NCBI GenBank assembly: GCA_035468985.1
Contig: DATISF010000028.1
Location: forward strand, 38,937-102,936
DNA length: 64,000 nt
Origin: Thermoanaerobaculia bacterium
Lineage (GTDB): Bacteria > Acidobacteriota > Thermoanaerobaculia > Gp7-AA8
Reading direction: 5' to 3'
Of the stretch, positions 47,218 through 55,959 are shown piece after piece. Position 1 is the stretch's first letter. Every line of letters starts with the position of its first letter. The position numbers and the translations under genes are program-made. Below the pieces are notes generated by a model. That model had not been told where the DNA came from. It saw only the letters and a list, made by a program, of their open reading frames with translations, and ran no database searches.

Positions 47218-48654
47218 ATGAAAGTTGAAATTGCCAGCGAACCACGATTCCGCAAGCTCGACCACTTCTTCGTTCTCGCCGCCCAGAACGCCGATCTGGA
47301 CGGGATCGCCGCCGATGTGGCCGCGCGAGGGCGATTCGAAGGGCGCAAGGACGAGACGATCACCAGTCTGGAGGATGAGCCGCGCAAGGTCACCCTCGTC
47401 GGACTCGGCAAACGCGATGATCTTTCGATTCGCGGACTGACCAAGGCGCTGGGCACGGTGGCGAAGATCGCGCAGAAGCAGCGCGACCGGCGCATCGCCG
47501 TCGAGGTCGTGCCCTCGCTCCCGGGCATCGGGCCGGTCGCGGCCACGCGGGTCACCGCCACCCTCCTCGCGCAGGCCGACTACAAATACGACCAGTACCT
47601 CACGCAGAACAAAGACGAGAAGACTCTTCCCATCGAGGCCATGCTCGTCGCGCCGGAGTCGCTGGACCGCAAACAGCTCCGCGAGATCGAGGCGGAAGCG
47701 AACGCCATCAGCACAGGCATCCGCACGGTCCGCGACCTCGGAAATGCGCCATCGAATGTCATCACGCCGTCGCGCCTCGCCGAGCGCGCTCTCGAAGTGG
47801 CGAAGAAAGCCGGCGTGAAATGCACGATCTACGGCCGCCGCGAGATCGAGAAGATGAAGATGGGCGGCCTCATCGCCGTGAACCGCGGCTCCACTGAAGA
47901 GCCGCGCTTCGTGGTTCTCGAGTACAAGCCGCGCGGCGCGAAAAAGCATGTCGCGCTCGTGGGCAAGGGCATCACGTTCGACTCCGGCGGCATCTCCATC
48001 AAGCCGGCGGAGAAGATGGAGGAAATGAAGTTCGACATGTGCGGCGCCGCCGCCGTGATCGGCACGATCGAGGCCGCGGCCAAGCTCGAGCTTCCCGTCC
48101 GCATCACCGGCTGCATCCCATCGACCGACAATCTCCCCAGCGGCAGCGCTTACAAGCCCGGCGAGATCATCACCATGATGAACGGCAAGACCGTGGAGAT
48201 CGTGAACACCGACGCCGAGGGGCGGATGATTCTCGGCGACGCCCTGCATTACGCGTCGGAGCTCAAGCCTGATCACCTGATCGATTACGCCACGCTCACC
48301 GGCGCCGTCGTCGTGGCCCTGGCCGGCGAAGCGGCCGGCCTTTTCTCCAATGATGATGAGCTGGCTCGGAAGTTGATTGAGTCGGGAGAGCGCGTCGGTG
48401 AGCGCCTGTGGCGGATGCCTGTCTGGGACGACTACAAGGAACTGATCCGCAGCGAATGGGCGGATATGAAAAACTCCGGCGGACGCTGGGGTGGCGCAAT
48501 CACCGCCGCCGTATTCTTGAAGGAGTTCGTCGATTGTCCTTCCTGGGCTCATCTCGACATCGCCGGCACGGCCTACTCGGATCACGATCCGAAGGGAGCG
48601 ACGGGTGCGGGCGTGCGCGTGACGGTCGAGTTTCTCGAATCGCTGTCGCGCTGA
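47218..48654 (+). CDS. pepA: Leucyl aminopeptidase (M17)
   Basis: The M17 signature NTDAEGRMILGDAL is present. Confidence 0.85.
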   Translation: MKVEIASEPRFRKLDHFFVLAAQNADLDGIAADVAARGRFEGRKDETITSLEDEPRKVTLVGLGKRDDLSIRGLTKALGTVAKIAQKQRDRRIAVEVVPSLPGIGPVAATRVTATLLAQADYKYDQYLTQNKDEKTLPIEAMLVAPESLDRKQLREIEAEANAISTGIRTVRDLGNAPSNVITPSRLAERALEVAKKAGVKCTIYGRREIEKMKMGGLIAVNRGSTEEPRFVVLEYKPRGAKKHVALVGKGITFDSGGISIKPAEKMEEMKFDMCGAAAVIGTIEAAAKLELPVRITGCIPSTDNLPSGSAYKPGEIITMMNGKTVEIVNTDAEGRMILGDALHYASELKPDHLIDYATLTGAVVVALAGEAAGLFSNDDELARKLIESGERVGERLWRMPVWDDYKELIRSEWADMKNSGGRWGGAITAAVFLKEFVDCPSWAHLDIAGTAYSDHDPKGATGAGVRVTVEFLESLSR

Positions 48655-49625
48655 TCGCGGCGTCGATCTCGATTGCCGGATGCAAGGGCGGCGACGCCCA
48701 GCGCACCGTCGTCGGGCCTCCTCCACCGCATCCCGAGGAGAGCTTTACGGCCATCGAGTCGCCCAGCCTGCAGTTCCTCCCCCGCCGCGACGAAGCGACA
48801 GGCTGGAACCTCGAGCAGGATCCGATCGTTATCCCCGCCAACCGCCTCGACACGTATCTCGATCAGGATGCCGGGCATTTCGCTCACTACGAAGTGATCG
48901 ACGGAACGATCGGCAATTACCTGACGACGGCCGGCAACGGGTTCGCCACGGTCGAGATCTACCGCTTCCCCGATTTCGTGAAGGCGTTCGGCGCGTACTC
49001 GACGCGCAAGAACGCCAGCGTGCAGTTCGTCGACATCGCGAACGAAGCGTTCATGACGAAGCACTCGATCCACCTCTGGCGCGGACCGTTCTACGTGCGC
49101 GTCATCGGCAACGCTTCCACGCCGGGGGCGCTGCGGCGGCTCGTCGGATTCGTCGCCGAGCGAATGCCGGCCGCTCCCGCCAAGCCCGCGGTGTTCAATT
49201 TCTTCCCGGCCGACACGCGCATCGCAAACAGCGAGCGCTTCTCGGCCGAATCGGGATTCGGCGAGGAAATCCTCGCGAACTCGTTCCAGGCGTCGTTCAA
49301 CGTCGGCGGCGACAAGATGGACGGACTGATCATCCCCGCCGCGAACAAAGACGCTGCCGCGCGGATCCTCGCCGCGTATCGCACTCTGTACGTCCGCAAC
49401 GGCAAGCTCCTCGATCCCATCCCGAATCTCGGCGAAGACAACTTCACGGCCGAGGACAAGTATCTCGGCCGGGCGGTCGCGTTCCGCATCGACCGTTTTC
49501 TGATCGCGTTCAACGGCTACACGGACCGCCAGAAACTCGTCGATCTCGCCGCGGCGACAGACTCCAGAATTCTGGGATCGATTCGCAAGCAGCTGGTGAC
49601 GGCGGACAGGGGAAGCGATCGCTGA
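48639..49625 (+). CDS. Hypothetical lipoprotein whose start codon is unresolved
   Basis: The frame carries a lipoprotein signal, IAVALIAASISIAGCKGG, that begins inside the last codons of pepA. There is no ATG, GTG or TTG in the right place. Candidates are ATC at 48639 or CTG at 48651. Confidence 0.4.
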   Translation: MAVALIAASISIAGCKGGDAQRTVVGPPPPHPEESFTAIESPSLQFLPRRDEATGWNLEQDPIVIPANRLDTYLDQDAGHFAHYEVIDGTIGNYLTTAGNGFATVEIYRFPDFVKAFGAYSTRKNASVQFVDIANEAFMTKHSIHLWRGPFYVRVIGNASTPGALRRLVGFVAERMPAAPAKPAVFNFFPADTRIANSERFSAESGFGEEILANSFQASFNVGGDKMDGLIIPAANKDAAARILAAYRTLYVRNGKLLDPIPNLGEDNFTAEDKYLGRAVAFRIDRFLIAFNGYTDRQKLVDLAAATDSRILGSIRKQLVTADRGSDR

Positions 49626-50105
49626 TCACCTTTCCCACGTCCCGCTCTTGCCGCCGGTCTTGCGCATCAGTTGGATCGACTCGATGACGATCCCCTTCTC
49701 CGCGCTCTTGCACATGTCGTAGATCGTCAGCGCCGTGATCGCGCATGCGGTCATCGCTTCGATCTCCACGCCCGTCTTTCCTTCGCAGCGGACGATGGAG
49801 TGAATCTCGATCGTGCCCGCCTTCGGATCGAGATCGAACGTCACGTCGATCGAGCTGATGGCGATGGGATGCGTGAGCGGGATGAGCGACGGTGTCTGTT
49901 TGGCGCCGAGAACTCCGGCGACTTTCGCGGTCGTCAGGACGTCGCCCTTCGGGAGCGCCCGGTCGACCAGCTTCTGCAGCGTTTCCGGCGACATGCGCAC
50001 GATCGCGGTCGCCACGGCTTCACGGCGCGTCGGTTGTTTCGAATCGACATCGACCATCGAGATGCCACCGGTCTCATCGAGATGTGAAAACGTTCGGGTG
50101 CTCAT
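49626..50105 (-). CDS. moaC: Cyclic pyranopterin monophosphate synthase accessory protein
   Basis: The N-terminus, THLDETGGISMVDVDSK, matches MoaC, and the GKTGVEIEAMTA family pattern is present. Confidence 0.85.
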   Translation of the reverse strand: MSTRTFSHLDETGGISMVDVDSKQPTRREAVATAIVRMSPETLQKLVDRALPKGDVLTTAKVAGVLGAKQTPSLIPLTHPIAISSIDVTFDLDPKAGTIEIHSIVRCEGKTGVEIEAMTACAITALTIYDMCKSAEKGIVIESIQLMRKTGGKSGTWER

Positions 50106-50635
50106 CGCAGTCTCTCCGCTTCTTCCAGCTCCGCGGGCGTGTTCACGTTCACCAGCGCGTGGCCTTCCACGTCCACGAGCACGGTCGGGACCTCGGACGC
50201 CAGACCGCGCAGATCGAGTCTATTCTCCGCGATCCGGCGCTGCAGCGTGTCGAGAATCCCGGAGGAGTAGCCGGCGCATAAAGGTTGCGGCACTCCCTGC
50301 CACACCGGCATCAGCACCGGTGCCTCGGAAGCCTCGAAACGGCTGCGCAAATCGCGGAGGAAGTCCGTCGTGATCAAGGGGTAGTCCGTGGCGAGGACGA
50401 AGCAGCGGCCGCCGCAATCCTGCAGAGCACGAACGACTCCGAACACCGGCGCCTCGTGTTCGTGAGACTCCTCGAAAATCGTCTCGATCGAGAGCGTCTC
50501 CGTCCCGTGACGCTGCACGGCGATGATCCGCTCGAACGCCGGCGCCGCCGCCGCGGAGATCGTGCCCAGGAACAGCGCGGCCTTCGATCGCCCCATGCGC
50601 GCCGAGCGCCCGCCCGTCAGGATGTAGCAGTTCAC
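50102..50635 (-). CDS. mobA: Molybdenum cofactor guanylyltransferase-like protein
   Basis: The N-terminus, ILTGGRSARMGRSKA, and the LATDYP-like motif match MobA. It overlaps moaC by 4 nt. Confidence 0.7.
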   Translation of the reverse strand: MNCYILTGGRSARMGRSKAALFLGTISAAAAPAFERIIAVQRHGTETLSIETIFEESHEHEAPVFGVVRALQDCGGRCFVLATDYPLITTDFLRDLRSRFEASEAPVLMPVWQGVPQPLCAGYSSGILDTLQRRIAENRLDLRGLASEVPTVLVDVEGHALVNVNTPAELEEAERLR

Positions 50636-50661
50636 GATGAACCGTAGGGTAGCATCCGCCC

Positions 50662-51357
50662 GTGTCTTTGCCCGTCACGGTGATCATCGCCGCGCGGAAC
50701 GAGGAGGAGGCCGTGACGGCGGCCGTGCGCTCGGCATTCGAGTCCGGCGCCGCGGAGGTCATCGTCGCCGATGGTGGAAGCACTGATCGCACGCGCCAGG
50801 CTGCCGCATCCGCGGGCGCACGCGTGATCGAATGCCAGCCGATGCGCGCCCGCCAATACAACCGGGCCGCGGAGACGGCAGCGAACGAGGCCCTGGTCTT
50901 TCTCCACGCCGACACATTGCTGCCAGCCGGCGCAGGGGCGGCGGTGCTCGACGCGCTGCAACGCGCGCCGTTCGGAGGTTTTCGCCTCCGCTTCGCCGAA
51001 CAGGCGTGGAAACTACGGCTCGCGGCATTCCTCATCAATCTCCGCACACGTCTCACGCTCTCTCCGTGGGGCGATCAAGCGCAGTTCATCCGCCGCGCGA
51101 CATTCCTTCGCGACGGCGGCTTCCGGGAGATTCCGCTGATGGATGACTACGAGCTCGCCGTGCGCATGCGGCGCCGCGGCCGGCCGATCGTCCTCCCGCT
51201 CACCGTGATCACCTCCGGCCGTCGCTTTCTGCGCCTCGGCCTGCTGCGCACCACCGCGATGAACTGGACGATCGTGATCGCGTGGCGGTTGGGGGTTTCG
51301 GAGGAGAGGCTGGCTGGCTGGTATCGGGAACGGGAGAACGGGAATGGTGAATGTTGA
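50662..51357 (+). CDS. Family-2 glycosyltransferase (TIGR04283-like)
   Basis: The N-terminus, VIIAARNEEEAV, the LHAD motif and overall GT-A features match a family-2 enzyme. Confidence 0.65.
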   Translation: MSLPVTVIIAARNEEEAVTAAVRSAFESGAAEVIVADGGSTDRTRQAAASAGARVIECQPMRARQYNRAAETAANEALVFLHADTLLPAGAGAAVLDALQRAPFGGFRLRFAEQAWKLRLAAFLINLRTRLTLSPWGDQAQFIRRATFLRDGGFREIPLMDDYELAVRMRRRGRPIVLPLTVITSGRRFLRLGLLRTTAMNWTIVIAWRLGVSEERLAGWYRERENGNGEC

Positions 51358-51375
51358 ATGCGATCAATTCACCAT

Positions 51376-51411
51376 TTCGCATTCGACATTCGACATTCCA
51401 CATTCCCGTCT
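51376..51411. repeat. Tandem heptamer array of CATTCGA, ACATTCG and ACATTCC units (GAATGTC/GAATGTG on the other strand)
   Basis: The read is cattcgacattcgacattccacattccc, directly downstream of the TPR and GT2 gene ends. Confidence 0.6.
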
Positions 51412-51412
51412 T

Positions 51413-51907
51413 CTACTTTTTCCGCCGCCCCTCGCCCGAAGCGTTGTTCTTCGCGGCGTGGCGCGCCTGGCCGAGCGTCACATTCACCGGGTTGGCGCGG
51501 TCGAGGAACGGGACCGCCGGTCTGGCGCGGATCCCGAGCTCCTTACGCATTTCGAGCAGCTCGTCGTGTTCCGGCGCGACTTTCAGGCCCGAGTCGGCAA
51601 CCTCCACGGCTTTCTTCCGGTCCCCACGCGCCAGGTAGATGCGGGCAAGGTTCACGTAGTGATCGCCGTTGTAGAACTCCAGATCGAGTGCGCGTTTGCA
51701 GAGATCGATGCCTTCCTTGTACTTCTTCTGCACGAGGGCGAGGCACAGTCCGAAGTACGACAGCCCGACGGCGTCTTTCCCGGTCTTCACCGGAGCAGCG
51801 CCGTCGGTTCCGTAGATTTCCAGGAAACGCGTCAGGGCCTGCAGGTAATCGTGCTGCTGGGTCAGTTCGATTGCTACGTCAATCTGTCGGGTTGGTTTTG
51901 CCATCAA
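51413..51907 (-). CDS. TPR-repeat protein
   Basis: Three to four TPR-like helix pairs are present: LALVQKKYKEGIDLCKRALDL..., and YVNLARIYLARGDRKKAVEVADSGLKV. Confidence 0.6.
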   Translation of the reverse strand: MMAKPTRQIDVAIELTQQHDYLQALTRFLEIYGTDGAAPVKTGKDAVGLSYFGLCLALVQKKYKEGIDLCKRALDLEFYNGDHYVNLARIYLARGDRKKAVEVADSGLKVAPEHDELLEMRKELGIRARPAVPFLDRANPVNVTLGQARHAAKNNASGEGRRKK

Positions 51908-52617
51908 ATCAGTTCTCGTGAGCGGAGGCGGTAAACGAAGTGCTCGATGCGCTGCCGCTCCTGGGGATTGAGATTCACGAACCGCAGTCCGTACTTGGCC
52001 ATCGTACCGGAGAACTCCGCGCGCAGGATCTCGGCGTCGATTTTCATCGGCTCCGGGTCGCCCGGCAGATAGAAATGGAGACAGACGTTCTCTTCTCCGG
52101 GAAGAACACGATCGACTTCAATCAACATGCCGTTCGCGGAGATGTTCATGCTCCGTGCAAGGACGAAACGGCCGTTCTTCTCGAGGGAGACCTCGATCTT
52201 GGTGATCGTTCTCAGCTGCCGTCGGACGGGAATCGACGTCAGCCGTTCGACTTTCTCGTCGAGATCGCGCCGCTGCAGCGGACGGTAGATGACATCGTTG
52301 CAGCCGGCAGAGATGCAGAGATCGCGGTGTTCCTGCGCGTCGCGATCGCAGACCAGGAGAAGTGAGATCGCCTTGGTGTTGTCATCGCCGCGGATCTCGC
52401 GGCAGAACTCCGGTGCGGTCATGTCGAACAGATCGAAGGCCAGGATGATCAGGTTCGGAGTCTCTTCCTTCGCCTTCTCCAGCGCCTCGGAGCCGGCCAG
52501 GGCGGTGCTGATGGCCACGCCACGCCGGCGGAGAATCGTTTCCTGAAAGGCGAGCGATCCGCGCGACTGGTCGACGAGCAGAATGCGGCCGAGCTGCGCC
52601 TTGGCCTTGGTCGTCAC
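51904..52617 (-). CDS. Response-regulator receiver fused to a PilZ domain
   Basis: The receiver is ILLVD...LIILAFDL. The C-terminal part has the PilZ motifs RRQLR and DLSANG-like NISANG. Confidence 0.6.
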   Translation of the reverse strand: MTTKAKAQLGRILLVDQSRGSLAFQETILRRRGVAISTALAGSEALEKAKEETPNLIILAFDLFDMTAPEFCREIRGDDNTKAISLLLVCDRDAQEHRDLCISAGCNDVIYRPLQRRDLDEKVERLTSIPVRRQLRTITKIEVSLEKNGRFVLARSMNISANGMLIEVDRVLPGEENVCLHFYLPGDPEPMKIDAEILRAEFSGTMAKYGLRFVNLNPQERQRIEHFVYRLRSRELI

Positions 52618-53744
52618 GCCGCCGAAATCTCCCGCAGTTTTGTCACGATGCGTTTGAGATCATCGACGAGCATCGAGATGTGCTCGGCCGTATTCGATTT
52701 GCCCAACCCGATTCTCACCGACCCCATGGCCATGGCCTCGCTTACGCCGATCGCCAGCAGCACGCGCGATGGGGTGCGCTCCCCCGAGCTGCAAGCCGAA
52801 CCGGAAGACAACGAGAAGCGCCGCATCGCCATGAGCACCGAGTCGCTCTCGACCCGGTCGAAGCTGACGTTCAGGTTGCCCGGCAATCTTAACGCTCGTG
52901 GTCCGTTCACGGAAACGCCGTCCATCTCGCGGGCCAGACGATCCCACAGCTCGTTCCGCAATTCTGTGAGCCTCGTCGCCTCCTTGTGCATCTCCTCGCC
53001 GCGAATCTGCAGTGCGACCGACAGGCCGATCGCCCCAGGCACGTTCACCGTACCTGAGCGCAGACCTCTCTCCTGCCCTCCGCCGAGCATGACCGGCCGT
53101 GCGCGTACGCCGCGGCGGACGCAGAGGCCGCCGATCCCCTTCGGCCCATAAAATTTGTGCGCAGAGAGGGAAGCCATGTCGATGGCGGTCAGATCGACCG
53201 CGATCTTCCCAACTGCCTGGGTCATGTCGGTATGAAAGAGGATCTCCCGTTCCCGGCAGAGCGCACCGATCTCGCCGATGGGCTGAATCGTTCCGATCTC
53301 CGCGTTCGCCGCCTCGATCGACACGAGACGCGTGTTTGGCCGGATGGCATCGCCAACCGCATCGGGGGCGATGAACCCTTCCCGGTCCGGACTGAGGATC
53401 GTCACGTCGATGCCGCTTTTCTGGAGCCGCTCGGCGGGACCAAGAATCGACTTGTGCTCGATCGCGCTGGTGATGAAGTGCTGTCCCGGCTCGAGGATGT
53501 TGAGGGCAATGTTGTTCGACTCCGTCGCCCCGGCAGTGAAGTAAATCTCGTTCGGCTGCACCTTGAAGAAGCGCGCGACGCTGATGCGCGCATCTTCGAG
53601 CGCATTCGCGGCGCGACGGCCCTGATGGTGCGTCAGCGAGGCGGGATTGCCGAACAGGTCGCTGAAAAACGGCAGCATCGCTTCGACCACACGCGGATCG
53701 CAGGGCGTGGTGGCGTGGTGATCGACATAAATCGGTTCGCTCAA
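52614..53744 (-). CDS. Cysteine desulfurase (NifS/IscS family)
   Basis: PLP-Lys context SAHKFYGPKGIGGL and the active-site loop SSGSACSS are present. The N-terminus SEPIYVDHHATTP is typical. It starts at TTG 53744, overlapping the pcnB stop by 4 nt (TTGA). Confidence 0.8.
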   Translation of the reverse strand: MSEPIYVDHHATTPCDPRVVEAMLPFFSDLFGNPASLTHHQGRRAANALEDARISVARFFKVQPNEIYFTAGATESNNIALNILEPGQHFITSAIEHKSILGPAERLQKSGIDVTILSPDREGFIAPDAVGDAIRPNTRLVSIEAANAEIGTIQPIGEIGALCREREILFHTDMTQAVGKIAVDLTAIDMASLSAHKFYGPKGIGGLCVRRGVRARPVMLGGGQERGLRSGTVNVPGAIGLSVALQIRGEEMHKEATRLTELRNELWDRLAREMDGVSVNGPRALRLPGNLNVSFDRVESDSVLMAMRRFSLSSGSACSSGERTPSRVLLAIGVSEAMAMGSVRIGLGKSNTAEHISMLVDDLKRIVTKLREISAA

Positions 53745-55102
53745 TGCCTTCTCCGGCGGCGCTTCCTGACGGGAGGGCCGCTTTCCTCCTGTGCCTTCCG
53801 CACGCGCTGCGCGAAGGAGTTCCACTGGCGGAATTGCTCGACATACTTGCCGGACGAGAGCGCGTACAGCTCGAGCAGCGCCAGCGCGTCATGGAACGGC
53901 TCGCGATAGATGAAGCGAAACAAAGCGCGGCGATCGGAGGGCGGCTCGAGCAGGCGCCAGAACGTCTCCAGGGCCTGTTCGATCTGATGGCGCGCGCCGG
54001 CCGGCAGCGCCATGCGCGCGCACACCGGCTGCACGAGATCGCGGATGAACAGCAGGACCTCGCCGATGCGCATTCGGCCCTGTCGGCGCTGCTCTTCCCG
54101 TTCGAGCTCTTCGACGATCCACGGCAGTAGCAGAACCGACAGCAGCACCGGATCGGAGACCTTGCGTCCCGATTGCACGGTGCGGTCGAGCACCTCGAGC
54201 ATTTTCCAGAAGTACGGCGTGCGCTCACCCTCGATCGCGCGATAGACCTCGGGCAGAAGAGGCTCGAGCAGGCGCGTCTCCACGAGCAGCCGTAATGCGC
54301 CGCGCGACCATCCCCGGCGCAGCAACTCCAGAATCTCTTCGGAAACGCGAGGAGGAGAAGCCTTCAGGATGTCCGCGCGGTGGCGGAGGATACCCTCGTA
54401 CGTCGCGGGCTCGATCGCGAATCGCAGCCGCGAGGCGAATTCGATTGCCCGCATCATCCGCACCGGATCTTCGCGGAAGCGAACGTCGGGATCGCCGATC
54501 ACGCGAACCAGACCCTCGTGGATGTCCTCGAGACCGCCCACGTAGTCGAGCACGGAGAAATCGGCGATGTTGTAGAAGAGGCCGTTCATCGTGAAGTCGC
54601 GTCGACGAGCGTCCTGCAGCGGCGTGCCGAACGTGTTGTCGTCGGTGACGAGGATGTCGTCCGTGTCCTCAGCGCTGCCGCGCTCCGGCTCGCGCCGGAA
54701 CGTCGCCACCTCGACGATCATGTCCTGAAAGATCACGTGCACGAGGCGAAAGCGCCGGCCGATGATCCGGCTGTTGCGGAACAGACGGCGGATCTCGGCA
54801 GGATGCGCATCCGTGGCGATGTCGAAATCCTTCGGCGTCCTCGCCATCAGCAGATCGCGCACGCTTCCGCCGCACAGGTAGGCTCGATATCCGCTGCGGT
54901 GCAGGCGGTAGAGGACCTTCAGAACGTTTTCAGGGATCTGCCGGCGCGAGATCGGGTGATCGCTCCGGTCGACGACGACCGCGTCTTCCTCGGGCCTCGG
55001 GCTTCGGGCCTCGGGCCTCGGTTCGCCTTCGTCGGATTCGTCGTGGACGGCTCCGAGGCCCGAGGCCTGAGGCCCGAGGCCTGCTTTTTCACTCGGACTC
55101 AT
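53741..55102 (-). CDS. pcnB: Poly(A) polymerase I
   Basis: RRQIPENVLKVLYRLHRSGYRAYLCGGSVRDLL...PKDFDIAT...IGRRFRLVHVIF...EVATFR matches the PcnB pattern. The first about 30 codons contain a long inverted heptamer repeat. Confidence 0.75.
   Translation of the reverse strand: MSPSEKAGLGPQASGLGAVHDESDEGEPRPEARSPRPEEDAVVVDRSDHPISRRQIPENVLKVLYRLHRSGYRAYLCGGSVRDLLMARTPKDFDIATDAHPAEIRRLFRNSRIIGRRFRLVHVIFQDMIVEVATFRREPERGSAEDTDDILVTDDNTFGTPLQDARRRDFTMNGLFYNIADFSVLDYVGGLEDIHEGLVRVIGDPDVRFREDPVRMMRAIEFASRLRFAIEPATYEGILRHRADILKASPPRVSEEILELLRRGWSRGALRLLVETRLLEPLLPEVYRAIEGERTPYFWKMLEVLDRTVQSGRKVSDPVLLSVLLLPWIVEELEREEQRRQGRMRIGEVLLFIRDLVQPVCARMALPAGARHQIEQALETFWRLLEPPSDRRALFRFIYREPFHDALALLELYALSSGKYVEQFRQWNSFAQRVRKAQEESGPPVRKRRRRRH
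54987..55082. repeat. Long inverted repeat of heptamers, (CCTCGGG)4-5 ... (CCCGAGG)4, inside the 5' coding region of pcnB
   Basis: The left arm is CCTCGGGCCTCGGGCTTCGGGCCTCGGGCCTCGG, and the right arm is CCGAGGCCCGAGGCCTGAGGCCCGAGGCCTG, its near-exact reverse complement. The predicted stem is about 30 bp with a roughly 30-nt loop. Confidence 0.7.
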
Positions 55103-55853
55103 AAGGGCTACCACTGTCCTGAATCTCAGGGGTGAAGTGGTACTTGCTGTCGACGATGAAGAACGTCCGCTGCCAGCGGGTGCGATCGAAGAAGTGGATG
55201 ACCACATTGAGCAGCTCGCGCGCGCGATCGGCAGGCGGACTGCCAGGGGGAGGCGGCTCGCCGCGGAACGACCAGTACACCATGAACGCGCGGCCTTTGA
55301 TCATCGATCGCGGCACCGTGCCCCAGTAGCGCGAGTCGCTGGAGCGATCGCGGTTGTCTCCCATCGCAAAGTACGAATGCGGTGCGACCGTGTAGGGCCC
55401 GAACTGATCGCGCGATCGGTACGGCTCCGGGAGGGCGGGTTGCCGCGGGTACATCGTCGGGTCGACGTGAATCGTGTATGGCTCGTTGAGCTTGTTGCCG
55501 TTGACGAACACGTTCTTGTCCCGGACCTCAACGACGTCGCCCGGCATGCCGATGACACGCTTCACGAAGTCGGTGTCGGGCTGAAGCGGATAGCGAAACA
55601 CGATGATGTCGCCGCGTCGTACGTCGCGGATCGGGAACAGTCCCGACAAAGGGCCGAGGCCGTTCGGGCCGTAGATGAACTTGTTGACGATGATGTGGTC
55701 GCCGACCTTGAGGTTGTCTTCCATCGATCCCGTCGGGATCTTGAACGCCTGGAAAACGAAGATGCGGGCGAAGTTGACGAAGATGACCGCGATCAGCAGG
55801 GCTTCGTAGTACTCGCGGGTCGTTGACTTCTTTACGGTCTCATCTGTGGCCAC
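55089..55853 (-). CDS. lepB: Signal peptidase I
   Basis: An N-terminal TM segment is present. Box motifs are GSMEDNL, KRVIGMPGD and GDNRDRSSDSRYWG. Confidence 0.85.
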   Translation of the reverse strand: MATDETVKKSTTREYYEALLIAVIFVNFARIFVFQAFKIPTGSMEDNLKVGDHIIVNKFIYGPNGLGPLSGLFPIRDVRRGDIIVFRYPLQPDTDFVKRVIGMPGDVVEVRDKNVFVNGNKLNEPYTIHVDPTMYPRQPALPEPYRSRDQFGPYTVAPHSYFAMGDNRDRSSDSRYWGTVPRSMIKGRAFMVYWSFRGEPPPPGSPPADRARELLNVVIHFFDRTRWQRTFFIVDSKYHFTPEIQDSGSPYESE

Positions 55854-55906
55854 GTCAGGTATCCATAACTATCACGTAACTTATTGAAATACAAGAGCAA
55901 AACTGC

Positions 55907-55921
55907 TGGCAGCCTCTTTGC
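55907..55921 (+). promoter_or_regulatory. Candidate sigma-54 (-24/-12) promoter for tonB
   Basis: cTGGCAGcctctTTGCg has GG and GC separated by 10 nt (consensus TGGCAC-N5-TTGCW). An AT-rich tract lies upstream at 55865-55905 and a GGAGGAG RBS downstream. Confidence 0.35.
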
Positions 55922-55959
55922 GAATAACTATCCTCGACGCAGGAAACGGAGGAGAAGTG

